The notes: a model not told the origin generated them from the letters alone. A stretch of DNA of 64,000 nt from Methyloceanibacter sp. (GCA_049801475.1 JBARKP010000049.1:10265-74264); one strand, 5' to 3'. Shown: positions 33,795 to 44,198, counted from the first letter of the stretch. Numbers and translations are program-made.

Positions 33795-36593
33795 ATGAGC
33801 CGCTCCTTCGCCTCAGGTCCCCGAGGCCCCATACCGGGCCGCGGCGTCACGGCCGTTCTCGGGCCGACCAATACAGGCAAGACCCATCTCGCCATCGAGC
33901 GCCTGCTGGCCCACGAGGCGGGGATCATTGGGCTCCCGCTGCGGCTGCTTGCCCGCGAGGTCTACGACAAGATCGTGGCCCGCATCGGCACGGGCCAAGT
34001 GGCGCTGATCACCGGCGAAGAGAAGATCAAGCCACCGTCGCCGTTCTACTATGTCTGCACGGTCGAGGCGATGCCTCTCGATCTTGAGGCCGATTTCGTC
34101 GCCATCGACGAAATCCAGCTCGCCGCCGACGGCGAGCGCGGGCACGTTTTCACCGATCGTCTGTTCCATGCCAGGGGGCTGAGCGAGACACTGCTGCTTG
34201 GCGCCGCGACCATGCGCGACGCCATCCGCGAATTGCTCCCGGGCGCCAATCTCGTCTCGCGGCCGCGTCTCTCCAAGTTATCCTACGCGGGCGACAAGAA
34301 GATCACCCGGCTGCCTCGGCGTTCCGCCATCGTGGCTTTTTCCGCCAACGACGTTTACGCCATCGCCGAGCTCGTCAGACGTCAGCGCGGCGGCGCGGCC
34401 GTGGTACTCGGGGCTTTAAGCCCCCGCACGCGCAATGCCCAGGTCGCTCTCTATGAGAACGGCGACGTCGACTTTCTCGTGGCGACCGACGCCATCGGCA
34501 TGGGCCTCAATCTCGATCTCGACCACGTGGCCTTTGCGGGATTGCGCAAGTTCGACGGGCAGGGGCACCGCGATCTGACGCCCGCCGAGCTTGGCCAGAT
34601 CGCCGGTCGCGCCGGGCGCCACATGAACGACGGCACCTTCGGGGTGACCGGCCAAGTGGCTCCCTTCGAGGCCGATGTCGTCGATCGTCTCGAGAACCAC
34701 GCCTTTGATCAGGTCGGCGTGCTGCAATGGCGCAATCGCAAGCTCGACTTCAGCTCGGTCGAGACTCTGAAGGATAGTTTGCGCGAGACGCCCGACCATC
34801 CGAGGCTCATTCGCTCGCGCATGGTCGACGACGTGATCGCCCTTGAGAATGTCAGTCGTGACGCAACCGTGGCGGAGCTCGCTTCGGGACGAGCAGGCGT
34901 CAGCCTCCTTTGGGAAATGTGCCAGATTCCGGACTACCGGAAGATTTCGCCGGCAAGCCATGCCGAGCTCGTGGCGACGCTCTTTCGCTTCGTCATGAGC
35001 GATGCGGGCAGGATTCCGGCCGACTGGTTCGCGCAACAGGTAGCGCTCGCCGACCGCACCGACGGGGACCTCGACACGCTTTCCAACCGCCTTGCCCAGG
35101 TCCGCACCTGGACCTTTGTCTCCCACCGGCCGCAATGGCTCGAGGATCCCGAGCACTGGCAAGGGCGCACCAGGGCCATCGAGGATACGCTGTCCGATGC
35201 GTTGCATGAGCGGCTGACGCGGCGCTTCGTCGACCGGCGGACGAGCGTGTTGATGCGGCGGTTGCGGGACAAGGAGGAGCTCTTGGCTGATATTGATCCC
35301 GAGGGCCGCATTCTGGTCGAGGACCACTATGTCGGTCGCCTCGACGGATTCCGCTTCACTCCGGACGCGAGCAGCGAGGGCATCCACGGCCGCGCCACAC
35401 GCCACGCCGCCGCCCAGGTGCTTGCCCATGAGCTTGGTGCCCGCGCTGACGCCCTGGCCGCCGCCGGCGACGATGCCATCGTGCTCAAAGCAAATGGCCG
35501 CATCGCCTGGGCCGGCAGCGAAATCGCGCGGCTGGAGCGGGGCGACAGCCCTCTCAAACCCAAAATCCACCTGTTCGCCGATGAGCATCTCGGGCCAAAC
35601 GAGCGCCAACGCGTCTTGGGACGCATCGAGACCTGGCTCTCCGCGCAGCTGATCGCCCGGCTTGCACCGCTTGTCGCGCTGAGCGAGGCCTCCGATCTTT
35701 CGGGCCTCGCCCGCGGTCTGGCCTTTCGGCTAGCCGAGACCCTCGGCGTGCTCCGCCGCGACGAGGTCGCCGCGGAGATCAAGGAGCTCGACCAGAGCGC
35801 GCGCGGCCAGCTGCGCCAATATGGCGTGCGCTTCGGAGCCTTCAACATCTACATCCCGGCCCTGCTCAAGCCCGCGGCCGCAGAGTTGCTGTTGCTGCTT
35901 TGGGCGCTCCATTCCGGCCGCGACCACGGCATCGACAGCGATGCACTGCCGCCCCGGCCGCAGCAGGGACTGACCTCCGTGGAGGCCGATGCCGGCCTGC
36001 CAGAGCCCTATTGGCACGCCGCCGGCTTCCAGATTGCCGGCACAAGGGCAGTCCGCATCGACATGCTTGAGCGGCTATCTGATCTCATTCGCTCGCGCGT
36101 CACCTGGCGGACGACGGAAGGGGGCCAGACGGCCCCTTCCGGCGCAACCGGCAATGGCGGCTTCCGCGTGGCGTCGGAGCTGATGTCCGTGGTTGGCTGC
36201 TCGGGCGAGGATTTCGTCTCGATCTTGCAGGCGCTCGGCTTCAGGCGGGAGCGGCGGAAGCTGCCGCAGGCGGAAGGGGCGACTGCCGAATCGCCGGACG
36301 CCGCTGAGTCGTCTGGGACGATTGCGGAGGTGGGCAAACCTGCCGCTCCGGTCATCGTCGCCTTCGACGAGATCTGGCATCCCGGTAAGCGCCGAAACGC
36401 GCAGCACATGCGCGAAGATCGGTCTAAGGACAAATCTCCGCGCCAGGAACGCCAGTCCCAGCGGCCGCGTCATCGCGAACCCCGGCCGCGCCCCGAAAAA
36501 AAGGAGCGGCCGCGCGCGGCCGAGACATCGCCCTTCGCCGTGCTCGCGGAGCTGCGCCGCAATCTCACGGCACGGCGGCCCGAGGACGGCTGA
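33795..36593 (+). CDS. Suv3-like ATP-dependent helicase (helicase-related protein) with basic C-terminal tail
   Basis: GPTNTGKTHLAIERL (Walker A), AIDEIQL (DEAD-like box) and ATDAIGMGLNLD...IAGRAGR (helicase C). The 932-aa frame is uninterrupted. Confidence 0.85.
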   Translation: MSRSFASGPRGPIPGRGVTAVLGPTNTGKTHLAIERLLAHEAGIIGLPLRLLAREVYDKIVARIGTGQVALITGEEKIKPPSPFYYVCTVEAMPLDLEADFVAIDEIQLAADGERGHVFTDRLFHARGLSETLLLGAATMRDAIRELLPGANLVSRPRLSKLSYAGDKKITRLPRRSAIVAFSANDVYAIAELVRRQRGGAAVVLGALSPRTRNAQVALYENGDVDFLVATDAIGMGLNLDLDHVAFAGLRKFDGQGHRDLTPAELGQIAGRAGRHMNDGTFGVTGQVAPFEADVVDRLENHAFDQVGVLQWRNRKLDFSSVETLKDSLRETPDHPRLIRSRMVDDVIALENVSRDATVAELASGRAGVSLLWEMCQIPDYRKISPASHAELVATLFRFVMSDAGRIPADWFAQQVALADRTDGDLDTLSNRLAQVRTWTFVSHRPQWLEDPEHWQGRTRAIEDTLSDALHERLTRRFVDRRTSVLMRRLRDKEELLADIDPEGRILVEDHYVGRLDGFRFTPDASSEGIHGRATRHAAAQVLAHELGARADALAAAGDDAIVLKANGRIAWAGSEIARLERGDSPLKPKIHLFADEHLGPNERQRVLGRIETWLSAQLIARLAPLVALSEASDLSGLARGLAFRLAETLGVLRRDEVAAEIKELDQSARGQLRQYGVRFGAFNIYIPALLKPAAAELLLLLWALHSGRDHGIDSDALPPRPQQGLTSVEADAGLPEPYWHAAGFQIAGTRAVRIDMLERLSDLIRSRVTWRTTEGGQTAPSGATGNGGFRVASELMSVVGCSGEDFVSILQALGFRRERRKLPQAEGATAESPDAAESSGTIAEVGKPAAPVIVAFDEIWHPGKRRNAQHMREDRSKDKSPRQERQSQRPRHREPRPRPEKKERPRAAETSPFAVLAELRRNLTARRPEDG

Positions 36594-36601
36594 TCCGGCA
36601 G

Positions 36602-36904
36602 ATGCAGGAGCAGCGGCTGGCTTTGGTGCGCAAGGCCCGTGAAGACGCGATCTTTTGCGACGAAGTTGATCGCGGCGGGCAAGGTGCGCGTCAACGGGCA
36701 GCGCGTCTTGAAGGTCAGCCGCCCCGTGCGGCTCGGCGACGTGGTGACGGGCACGGCCGCGAGCCGGTTCTTCGTCGTACGCGTGGCGGGCGAAAGGCGC
36801 CCGCCCCGGCTTCAGAGCGGGCGAGAGTCGAGGCCCATCGCGGGCCGCGGCCCCACCAAGCGCGACTACAGGCGTTGGACGCCATTAAGGCCGAAGAAAC
36901 CTGA
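36602..36904 (+). pseudogene. S4-domain RNA-binding protein (Hsp15/HslR-like), apparently frameshifted
   Basis: The only ATG (36602, MQEQRL) is in frame 1. The S4 signature WLWCARPVKTRSFATKLIAAGKVRVNGQRVLKVSRPVRLGDVV...GRGPTKRDYR is in frame +1 from 36618, and that frame has no start codon before it. A plausible C-terminus (ALDAIKAEET*) is back in frame 1. Confidence 0.55.
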
Positions 36905-37194
36905 TGCACGGATAACCGGAGCGGCGTTCCGCTGTCGGCTCACTGCCGTCGGACGCAACATCCCGGTCGGAGCTTTGACGGGTACGATGCTCCCCTGGTG
37001 CGGCAATTCCGTGGCCCGCGCTGCGTCGAGCCGGCCCCGAGAACGGAACCGGCTCCAGCCAAGGGGTTGGCGAGATTGATGTCGCCTTGTGCTGTCAGCC
37101 CGATTGGGATAGGCAAGGCCCCTCGTCGGTCCAAGTCTCGGGGGCCCAAATGGCCAAGTCGCCGCGCGGCATAGCCCGAAGTCGTGTGGGATAG

Positions 37195-37533
37195 ATGACT
37201 TACGTCGTCACTGAAGTTTGCATCAAGTGCAAATACACCGATTGCGTCGAAGTCTGCCCGGTAGACTGCTTCTACGAGGGCGAGAACATGCTCGTGATTC
37301 ATCCTGACGAGTGCATCGACTGCGGGGTCTGCGAGCCGGAATGCCCAGTCGACGCCATCAAACCGGATACCGAGCCCGGGCTCGATCGTTGGCTCGACGT
37401 CAACCGCCAATATTCGGAGGCTTGGCCCAACATCACGACCAAGAAGCCCGCGCCTCCCGATGCCGACGCCTTTGTTAGCGAGCCCGACAAATTCGGCAAA
37501 TATTTCAGCCCGAACCCTGGCGAAGGGGATTAA
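37195..37533 (+). CDS. fdxA: 7Fe ferredoxin (3Fe-4S + 4Fe-4S), FdxA type
   Basis: [55 protein letters not shown]. Confidence 0.93.
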   Translation: MTYVVTEVCIKCKYTDCVEVCPVDCFYEGENMLVIHPDECIDCGVCEPECPVDAIKPDTEPGLDRWLDVNRQYSEAWPNITTKKPAPPDADAFVSEPDKFGKYFSPNPGEGD

Positions 37534-37914
37534 GGCCGGCGGCGGGCTATTAAGTATTCACCTTATTGTCAAAATGTCGCATGTTGCGGCGCAAAAATGG
37601 CCATGCTGCGCGACAGCACGACTTTCGGATCCACTAAAATTATGTTATCCTGGTGTTGAAATGGCGCAGATTGCCGCCACGTGAGCATTAGGAGAGGCGT
37701 CCCCAGTTTTGGGCACGCTTTGTTTTCCGTCTCAAGAGAAGTCGCGCGATCAGGCCCCTGATCGACGTCTCTTTTTGTGCCCACCGCAACGCAACCAGGA
37801 GTGCTCCACATAGCGTGGAGCTACCGTCGTTGAAGGTTCACTGTGGCAACCGGCAAGTTAACGCCCTTCCGGCGCCCGCGCTGATCGGCACTTTAACAGA
37901 GTGAGACGAGAGTA

Positions 37915-38481
37915 ATGGCTGAAAAGAAGAAACCGCAGCAGAGACACGGCTTCCGCACGAACGAGTATATCGTCTATCCGGCCCATGGCGTCGGCCGCAT
38001 CGTGAGCATTGAAGAGCAGGAGATCGCCGGCGCGACCCTCGAGCTTTTCGTCATCAACTTCGAAAAGGACAAGATGACGCTCAGGGTGCCCACCGGGAAG
38101 CTTGGAACCGTGGGCATGCGCAAACTCTCCGAGGACAAGATCGTCAAGAGGGCGCTCGGCACGCTGAAAGGCAAGGCCCGGGTGAAGCGCACCATGTGGT
38201 CGCGCCGCGCTCAGGAATACGAGGCCAAGATCAACTCTGGCAACCTCGTGGCCATCGCCGAAGTGGTGCGCGACCTCTACCGGTCCGAGGCGCAGCCGGA
38301 GCAGTCTTATTCCGAGCGTCAGCTCTATGAGGCGGCTCTCGACCGCATGGCACGCGAGATCGCCGCCGTCGAGCGGATGGACGAGGCGAGCGCCGTCGCC
38401 AAGATCGACGACGTGCTCGCCAAGACGGCCCGTCACGCCAAGATGGCGGCCGAAGCTGATGCCCGTGGGCGGGCGGCCTAG
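37915..38481 (+). CDS. carD: CarD family transcriptional regulator
   Basis: FRTNEYIVYPAHGVGRIVSIEEQEIAGATLELFVINF...SRRAQEYEAKINSGN. Confidence 0.9.
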   Translation: MAEKKKPQQRHGFRTNEYIVYPAHGVGRIVSIEEQEIAGATLELFVINFEKDKMTLRVPTGKLGTVGMRKLSEDKIVKRALGTLKGKARVKRTMWSRRAQEYEAKINSGNLVAIAEVVRDLYRSEAQPEQSYSERQLYEAALDRMAREIAAVERMDEASAVAKIDDVLAKTARHAKMAAEADARGRAA

Positions 38482-38611
38482 AGCACAGCATCCAGGACTC
38501 GGTAGGCCGAGACGCCCCACACGCCGAGGCGCTTCGCCGCGCTTCGCCTGAAGCATGCGGCGCCCTTGCATCCTGCAAGTTGCTCTGCAGGTTGCAATTC
38601 CCAAAAACCCA

Positions 38612-38963
38612 CTAACGGTGAGTCTTGATTCCGTGCACACGCGCTTTGCGGCGAGCATCGGAGCCCCACGCGAACGTGCGGTGGGCAAACGCAATCTCTA
38701 AGCCAAATCGATTGAAGAGCAGCGGCCATAGCTGAGCCACTTGCTCGCCCTGGGTTATTGAATTCGTGGCGACGAACCCAATCGAAGCGCTCCCCTTCTG
38801 TACATATGCGCCTGCCGTAAGGAACCATGCGGCCACGTAGTCGAGCGTCGGGCGGGGTATTCCACACTTCGAACAGCTGGCCAATCCGAGGGCCTACGTC
38901 GCTTCCGTCCTCGCTCGGCCACACCAGTTCATCCCCCCGCGGAATCACTTTTCGCGAAGGCAT
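38612..38963 (-). pseudogene. Internal fragment of an MmeI-like type IIG/IIL restriction-modification enzyme (DNA methyltransferase)
   Basis: IGFVATNSITQGEQVAQLWPLLFNRFGLEIAFAHRTFAWGSDARRKARVH matches the conserved NSItQGEQ...FAHrtFxW block of MmeI-family enzymes. Only ~100 aa of the usual ~900 remain. The upstream part is in another frame and local GC is lower. Confidence 0.6.
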
Positions 38964-39066
38964 ATCTGTACACTTGCCAGTTAAATCAGCTATCAGCCTT
39001 GCGGCGAGTGTCTCTAGAGTGTCTCAGCCGCCAGGGCATAAACGTAAGACATTGATTTACAAAGAA

Positions 39067-39143
39067 GACCCCGTAGCTCAGTAGGATAGAGCATCAGATT
39101 CCTAATCTGAGGGTCACAGGTTCAAATCCTGTCGGGGTCACCA
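39067..39143 (+). tRNA. tRNA-Arg (anticodon CCU)
   Basis: Hand-folded cloverleaf. Acceptor GACCCCG/CGGGGTC, D arm GCTC-AGTAGGATA-GAGC, anticodon arm TCAGA-TTCCTAA-TCTGA, variable loop GGGTC, T arm ACAGG-TTCAAAT-CCTGT, discriminator A and an encoded CCA. Confidence 0.92.
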
Positions 39144-39294
39144 ATAAATGAACGGCGTGCTGTCCTTTCGAGACTGGTGGCTCAGCGGCGCACGCCCCAT
39201 ATCCGGCCGGAGGCGTTGTGTTGGAGCAAGGCGAGGTTCTGCCCGGGCCAGCGATCAACGCCGGATTGACGCAGTCTCGGCGACGGAGAAACCG

Positions 39295-39606
39295 ATGACC
39301 CCGACTACCCTCTTGTTCGTGGTTTGCCACGCGCTCGCCAATCAGGGACCTCTGGACGTGAACGGCTCTCCCGTCGACGGCGTCAAGCTCGACGATGTGA
39401 CTTGCCGTGATGAGCTCGTGCAGATGGATGATCAAATGGCGGTGGAAGGGGCGCGGCAGTTGCCTGATTTCTCAAATCCCTATGTTTGCTCGCGCATGTC
39501 GCTGAGCGAGACCGCCAATTGGGAGAAGATCCATCCCGGCTGGTATGTGAAGAGGGTAAAGTGCCCGCACCCTGACGGGACGTTCCCGGGCGACACCGAC
39601 GTCTAG
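39295..39606 (+). CDS. Hypothetical protein (orphan, immediately downstream of tRNA-Arg)
   Basis: ATG at 39295 gives MTPTTLLFVVCHALANQG...KRVKCPHPDGTFPGDTDV. No recognisable domain. Confidence 0.35.
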   Translation: MTPTTLLFVVCHALANQGPLDVNGSPVDGVKLDDVTCRDELVQMDDQMAVEGARQLPDFSNPYVCSRMSLSETANWEKIHPGWYVKRVKCPHPDGTFPGDTDV

Positions 39607-39641
39607 GAAAGCAGTGCGGCGGCGTTAGAACGCGCGGCGCG

Positions 39642-40520
39642 CTAGCGCGTGGGCATCGGCTTCTCGCCGCGATAGTCGTAGAAGCCACGCTTCGTCTTGC
39701 GGCCCAGCCACCCGGCCTCGACATATTTCACGAGCAGCGGACAGGGCCGGTATTTTGAATCGGCAAGCCCCTCATACAGCACCTGCATGATCGAGAGGCA
39801 AGTATCGAGCCCGATGAAATCGGCAAGTTGGAGCGGGCCCATTGGGTGGTGGGCCCCGAGCCGCATCGCCGTGTCGATGGCGTCGACCGAGCCTACGCCC
39901 TCATAGAGCGTGTAGACCGCCTCGTTGATCATCGGCAACAGCACGCGGTTGACCATGAAAGCCGGGAAGTCCTCCGACACGGCGGTGGTCTTGCCGAGGC
40001 TCTCCACGAAATCTCTTGCGCGGACGAAGGTGGCGTCCTCGGTGGCGATGCCGCGGATCATCTCGACGAGCTCCATGACCGGTACCGGGTTCATGAAGTG
40101 CAAGCCGATGAAGTGCTCTGGACGATCGGTCGCGGCGGCGAGTCTGGTGATGGAGATCGAGGAGGTGTTGGTGGCGACGGTGGCTTCCGGCTTGAGGAAG
40201 GGACAAAGCGCCACGAAAATCTTGCGCTTCACCGTCTCGTCCTCGGTTGCGGCCTCGATCACGAGGTCGGCATCGCCGAAGCCTTGAAACGTTTCGGTAT
40301 AGCTGATGCGTGCGAGCGCCTGGCGCCGGTCCTCCTCGCCGATCTTGCCGGAGGCGACTTGGCGAGAGAGATTGTTGTTGATGATCTCCAGCGCCTTATC
40401 GACCTTTTCCTTCGACAGGTCGTTCAGCACAACGTCGTAGCCTGCCAGGGCGACCACATGGGCGATGCCATTGCCCATTTGCCCGGTGCCGATGATGCCG
40501 ATCTTGCGAATGGGCGTCAT
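39642..40520 (-). CDS. hbd: 3-hydroxybutyryl-CoA dehydrogenase
   Basis: IGIIGTGQMGNGIAHVVALAGYDVVLNDL Rossmann fold...HFMNPVPVMELVE...GFYDY. Confidence 0.9.
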   Translation of the reverse strand: MTPIRKIGIIGTGQMGNGIAHVVALAGYDVVLNDLSKEKVDKALEIINNNLSRQVASGKIGEEDRRQALARISYTETFQGFGDADLVIEAATEDETVKRKIFVALCPFLKPEATVATNTSSISITRLAAATDRPEHFIGLHFMNPVPVMELVEMIRGIATEDATFVRARDFVESLGKTTAVSEDFPAFMVNRVLLPMINEAVYTLYEGVGSVDAIDTAMRLGAHHPMGPLQLADFIGLDTCLSIMQVLYEGLADSKYRPCPLLVKYVEAGWLGRKTKRGFYDYRGEKPMPTR

Positions 40521-40611
40521 TTCATTCTCCTGCGGTGAGGCTGTATCGGCGAGGATGTGCTGCGCCCCTTGAACTATGTCGTCCATCGTCATTCCTCATT
40601 TACCCGCTGGC

Positions 40612-41556
40612 TCAATACCCTGCCTTTTTGAGCTCGGCATCGAGCTCCGGCAGGACCGTGAACAGATCGCCGACCAGACCATAATCGGCGACTTGAAAGA
40701 TCGGGGCCTCAGCGTCTTTGTTGATCGCCACGATCACCTTGGAATCCTTCATGCCGGCGAGATGCTGGATGGCGCCGGAGATGCCGATTGCAATGTAAAG
40801 CTCGGGCGCTACCACCTTGCCCGTCTGGCCGACCTGGTGATCGTTCGGCATATAGCCAGCATCGACGGCAGCGCGACTCGCGCCCACGGCTGCTCCCAGA
40901 CGATCGGCGAGCGGCTCGAGCAAGCTCTTGAAAGTGTCGCCGGACTGCATGCCGCGGCCGCCCGAGATCACGATGCGCGCGGCGGTGAGCTCGGGCCTCT
41001 CGCTGGCACTGATCTCGCTGCCTTCGAAGATTGCAAGCCCCAGCGGCGCCGGCGCCTCGATCCCCTCGATCGCGGCGGTTCCCCCCTCGCCCACGGCTGC
41101 GAAGGCCGTCGTGCGAATGGTGGCCACGATTTTTTTGTCGCTGGTTTGCACCGTCTCAAGCGCATTGCCGGCATAGATGGGACGCACGAAAATGTCCGGC
41201 GCCTTCACCTCGATGATGTCGGAGACTTGGGCCACGTCGAGCAGCGCCGCCACCCGTGGGGCCGCGTTCTTGCCCATGGTCGTGGCCGGCGCCAACAGCA
41301 CGTCATAGTCTTGCATCAGCGGCACGATTAGGTTTGCGATCTCTTCGGCCAGACGCTGCCCAAGATGCGGAGCGTCGACGAGAAGGACTTTGCGCACGCC
41401 TGCAAGCTTGGCCGCCGCTTCGGCGACGCTTCGGCAGTCCTGACCCGCAACAAGGATATCGACGTCGCTGCCAAACTTTTCCGCGGCAGCGAGCGCCTTG
41501 GCGGTTGCCGGTGCCAAGCTCCTATTGTCATGCTCCGCGAGCAGCAGGACCGCCAT
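40612..41556 (-). CDS. etfA: Electron transfer flavoprotein subunit alpha
   Basis: [11 protein letters not shown]...VISGGRG...[28 protein letters not shown]. Confidence 0.93.
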   Translation of the reverse strand: MAVLLLAEHDNRSLAPATAKALAAAEKFGSDVDILVAGQDCRSVAEAAAKLAGVRKVLLVDAPHLGQRLAEEIANLIVPLMQDYDVLLAPATTMGKNAAPRVAALLDVAQVSDIIEVKAPDIFVRPIYAGNALETVQTSDKKIVATIRTTAFAAVGEGGTAAIEGIEAPAPLGLAIFEGSEISASERPELTAARIVISGGRGMQSGDTFKSLLEPLADRLGAAVGASRAAVDAGYMPNDHQVGQTGKVVAPELYIAIGISGAIQHLAGMKDSKVIVAINKDAEAPIFQVADYGLVGDLFTVLPELDAELKKAGY

Positions 41557-42306
41557 CTATAGCACCCCCGCCTCGTTCTTCAGTTTGTCGATGAGACTGG
41601 CTACGTTATCGACCTTGATGCCGGCCTCGCGGCCCTTGGGCTCGGCGACGTTGAGCACCTTCAGTCGAGGCGCCATGTCGACGCCGAGAGCCTCTGGCGT
41701 GGTCTCGTCGATCAGCTTCTTCTTCGCCTTCATGATATTGGGGAGGGACGCATAGCGCGGCTCGTTGAGACGGAGGTCGGTGGTGATGACCGCCGGGCGT
41801 GACAGAAGCAGGGTCTCGAGCCCGCCGTCGACCTCGCGCACCACTCTTATCTTGTCCCCGTTCAATCCGATCTTCGAGGCGAAGGTCCCTTGCGGCCAGC
41901 CGAGCAGGCCCGCGAGCATCTGGCCGCACTGATTGCAGTCGTCGTCGATCGCCTGCTTACCCATGATGACGAGATCCGCACCCTCGTTCTCGATCAGGCG
42001 CTTCAGCGCCTTGGCGACGCCGAGAGGCTCCACGCGCGCATCGGTCTTCACCAATATGGCACGGTCGGCGCCCATGGCGAGCGCGGTCCGGAGCGTGTCC
42101 TGCGACTTCGAGGACCCGATCGAGACGGCCACGATTTCGGTCGCCTGCCCCCGTTCCTTGATGCGGACGGCCTCTTCGACGGCGATCTCGTCGAACGGAT
42201 TCATCGACATCTTGACGTTGGCAAGGTCGACCCCGCTGCCGTCGGACTTGACGCGGACCTTGACGTTGAAATCGACCACACGCTTCACAGGAACGAGAAT
42301 CTTCAT
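41557..42306 (-). CDS. etfB: Electron transfer flavoprotein subunit beta
   Basis: [23 protein letters not shown]...[14 protein letters not shown]...[13 protein letters not shown]. Its stop abuts the etfA start. Confidence 0.93.
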   Translation of the reverse strand: MKILVPVKRVVDFNVKVRVKSDGSGVDLANVKMSMNPFDEIAVEEAVRIKERGQATEIVAVSIGSSKSQDTLRTALAMGADRAILVKTDARVEPLGVAKALKRLIENEGADLVIMGKQAIDDDCNQCGQMLAGLLGWPQGTFASKIGLNGDKIRVVREVDGGLETLLLSRPAVITTDLRLNEPRYASLPNIMKAKKKLIDETTPEALGVDMAPRLKVLNVAEPKGREAGIKVDNVASLIDKLKNEAGVL

Positions 42307-42443
42307 GCGGCTTTTCTTTCCCGCACGTGCTTGGTTTCCCCCCGACGCCACTCAGGCACGCTATCTCGCAAGTGCGAAATGGCCCGGACGGTACTGCCAG
42401 CAACCTCGCAAGTCAATGGTTTCTAGGGGATTCCGGGAGCTGT

Positions 42444-43202
42444 TCAGGCCCCTCCCCGGGTCTGGTCGAAGAGTGGTACGCCGCGCCGCCGCATAAATAA
42501 AATCAGTACCGCACCGGCCGCGAGCCCCCCGATATGGGCCCCCCAAGCGACGTTCTCCTCATTGTCGAACAGAAGGTTGGCGAACTGCGTCAGGATCCAG
42601 AAGCCGAGCGCCCAGTAGGCCGTGATTTTGATCGGGATACGCCAGAGCGCGAGCACCCAGATCTTCACCTTGGGATGGAGGATCAGGTAAGCCGAAATGA
42701 TGCCTGCCACCGCCCCGCTCGCGCCGACCAGCGGCGAATCGGAGTCCGGCATCATCCAAGAATGGACCACCGCCGCGAAGATTCCGCACATGAGGTAGAA
42801 CATGATGAAGCGGATATGGCCCATGGCGTCTTCGACATTGTCGCCGAACACCCAGAGGAACAGCATGTTGCCGAGCAGATGGATCCAGCTGCCATGCAGG
42901 AACATGTAGGTGACGAGGGTGAAGCGGTCAGGCACGAGGAAGGGCGACACGATCGACTCATCGCCCAACCCATGGCCCATCAGGTCGGCCGGGATCACGG
43001 CGAAAGCTGCTAGGTTTTCCTCGTCGAGGGGAATGAACCAGCCGGTCTGGAAGATCGCGTAGATGGCGATGTTGATGACGATCAACGACACCGTCACATA
43101 CTGATAGTCGATGCTTTTCAGCGGATTGGTGTCGTGGAGGGGGATGAACACGGGGGCACGCGCACCTTGGCTAGCGGTTCTGACCCCGGGCCCAAAGGAC
43201 AT
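42444..43202 (-). CDS. Rhomboid family intramembrane serine protease
   Basis: FLHGSWIHLLGNMLFLWVFGDNVE...LVGASGAVAGIISAYL...GAHIGGL. The chosen start (ATG 43202) overlaps the upstream gene by 32 nt, so it is uncertain. Confidence 0.8.
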   Translation of the reverse strand: MSFGPGVRTASQGARAPVFIPLHDTNPLKSIDYQYVTVSLIVINIAIYAIFQTGWFIPLDEENLAAFAVIPADLMGHGLGDESIVSPFLVPDRFTLVTYMFLHGSWIHLLGNMLFLWVFGDNVEDAMGHIRFIMFYLMCGIFAAVVHSWMMPDSDSPLVGASGAVAGIISAYLILHPKVKIWVLALWRIPIKITAYWALGFWILTQFANLLFDNEENVAWGAHIGGLAAGAVLILFMRRRGVPLFDQTRGGA

Positions 43203-43749
43203 CGTCCTTTCCCTTGCCGTTGGCAAAGCGTGCCGCCACGAACAGTAAATCCGACAGCCGGTTGATATAGCGCAGAGCAGTCGGTGCGACCGGCTCATTT
43301 GACCTTGCTGCAAGCGCGACCATGAGCCGCTCGGCACGGCGTGACACCGTGCGGGCAAGGTGCAGAAAGCTCGCCGTCGGCGACCCCCCGGGCAGCACGA
43401 AGGACCGCAAATGCTGAAGCTCACGGTTCAGCTCGTCGATCTCACGCTCAAGCCGCTCCACCTGAGCGTCCGTCACGGCCAGGCGACCGCGGGCGTCCTT
43501 GGTCTCGTCGGGAAAGCAAAGCTGGGCGCCCAGATCGAACAGATCGTTCTGGATGCGTGCTAACATGGCGTCGAGAGCCGGATCCGACTCCCGCGTATGC
43601 AACCGGGCAAGGCCGATGGCGGCATTGGCCTCATCGAGCGTTCCATAGGCCTCGACCCGCAGGTCGTACTTCGCGACCCGCCGGCCCGAGCCAAGCGCGG
43701 TGGTGCCGTCGTCGCCGGTGCGCGTGTAGATCTTGCTGAGAACAACCAT
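43171..43749 (-). CDS. PduO-type ATP:cob(I)alamin adenosyltransferase
   Basis: KIYTRTGDDGTTALGSGRRVAKYDLRVEAYGTLDEANAAIG...FVLPGGSP...LHLARTVSRRAER. Confidence 0.9.
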   Translation of the reverse strand: MVVLSKIYTRTGDDGTTALGSGRRVAKYDLRVEAYGTLDEANAAIGLARLHTRESDPALDAMLARIQNDLFDLGAQLCFPDETKDARGRLAVTDAQVERLEREIDELNRELQHLRSFVLPGGSPTASFLHLARTVSRRAERLMVALAARSNEPVAPTALRYINRLSDLLFVAARFANGKGKDDVLWARGQNR

Positions 43750-43928
43750 CGCCCACCCGCTAACGCCGCGCGGGTCATTCCGTCAATAGGACGGGTAGCC
43801 TAAAGCATGCTCCGGAAAAGTGGAAACCGGTTTTCCGAAAAGATCATGCTCCAACAAAGAGCTAGATCGCTGTCGCGACTAAGCGCGTCAAGCCTTCGTT
43901 GTGCAGGGGCGCCATGCGCATGCGGCGG

Positions 43929-44126
43929 CTAATACTTGTGGGACAAATAGATGGCGGCCATGACGAGGCAGAGCGCGATGAATTGCAGTACCACACGCCA
44001 GCGCATCAGTTTCTGGCTGGTGTTGGGGCTGCCACCTCGCAACATGTTCCAGAGGCCAAGCAGCAGCACGGTTCCGACCGCCGCGAGCGCGATGGGAATG
44101 GCGTAGGCGACGAGTACGTGCATCAC
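43929..44126 (-). CDS. HIG1-domain twin-transmembrane small protein
   Basis: 65 aa with two TM helices and the RWRVVLQFIAL motif typical of the bacterial HIG1/'twin transmembrane helix small protein' family. Confidence 0.7.
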   Translation of the reverse strand: MMHVLVAYAIPIALAAVGTVLLLGLWNMLRGGSPNTSQKLMRWRVVLQFIALCLVMAAIYLSHKY

Positions 44127-44198
44127 CGTTCCTTGCTGGGCGCGGGCACCCTTGTCAACGCTTCAAGACGCTGAGCGTTCAAGGGTCGAGTGGGTACT

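Noticed and set aside
43806-43852. REP-like unit between the adenosyltransferase and HIG1 genes: CATGCTCC direct repeat at 43806 and 43845, flanking the hairpin CGGAAAA...TTTTCCG.
   Set aside because: It resembles an intergenic repeat family I recall from Rhizobiales, but only one copy is in the window, so repeat status cannot be shown from this sequence alone.
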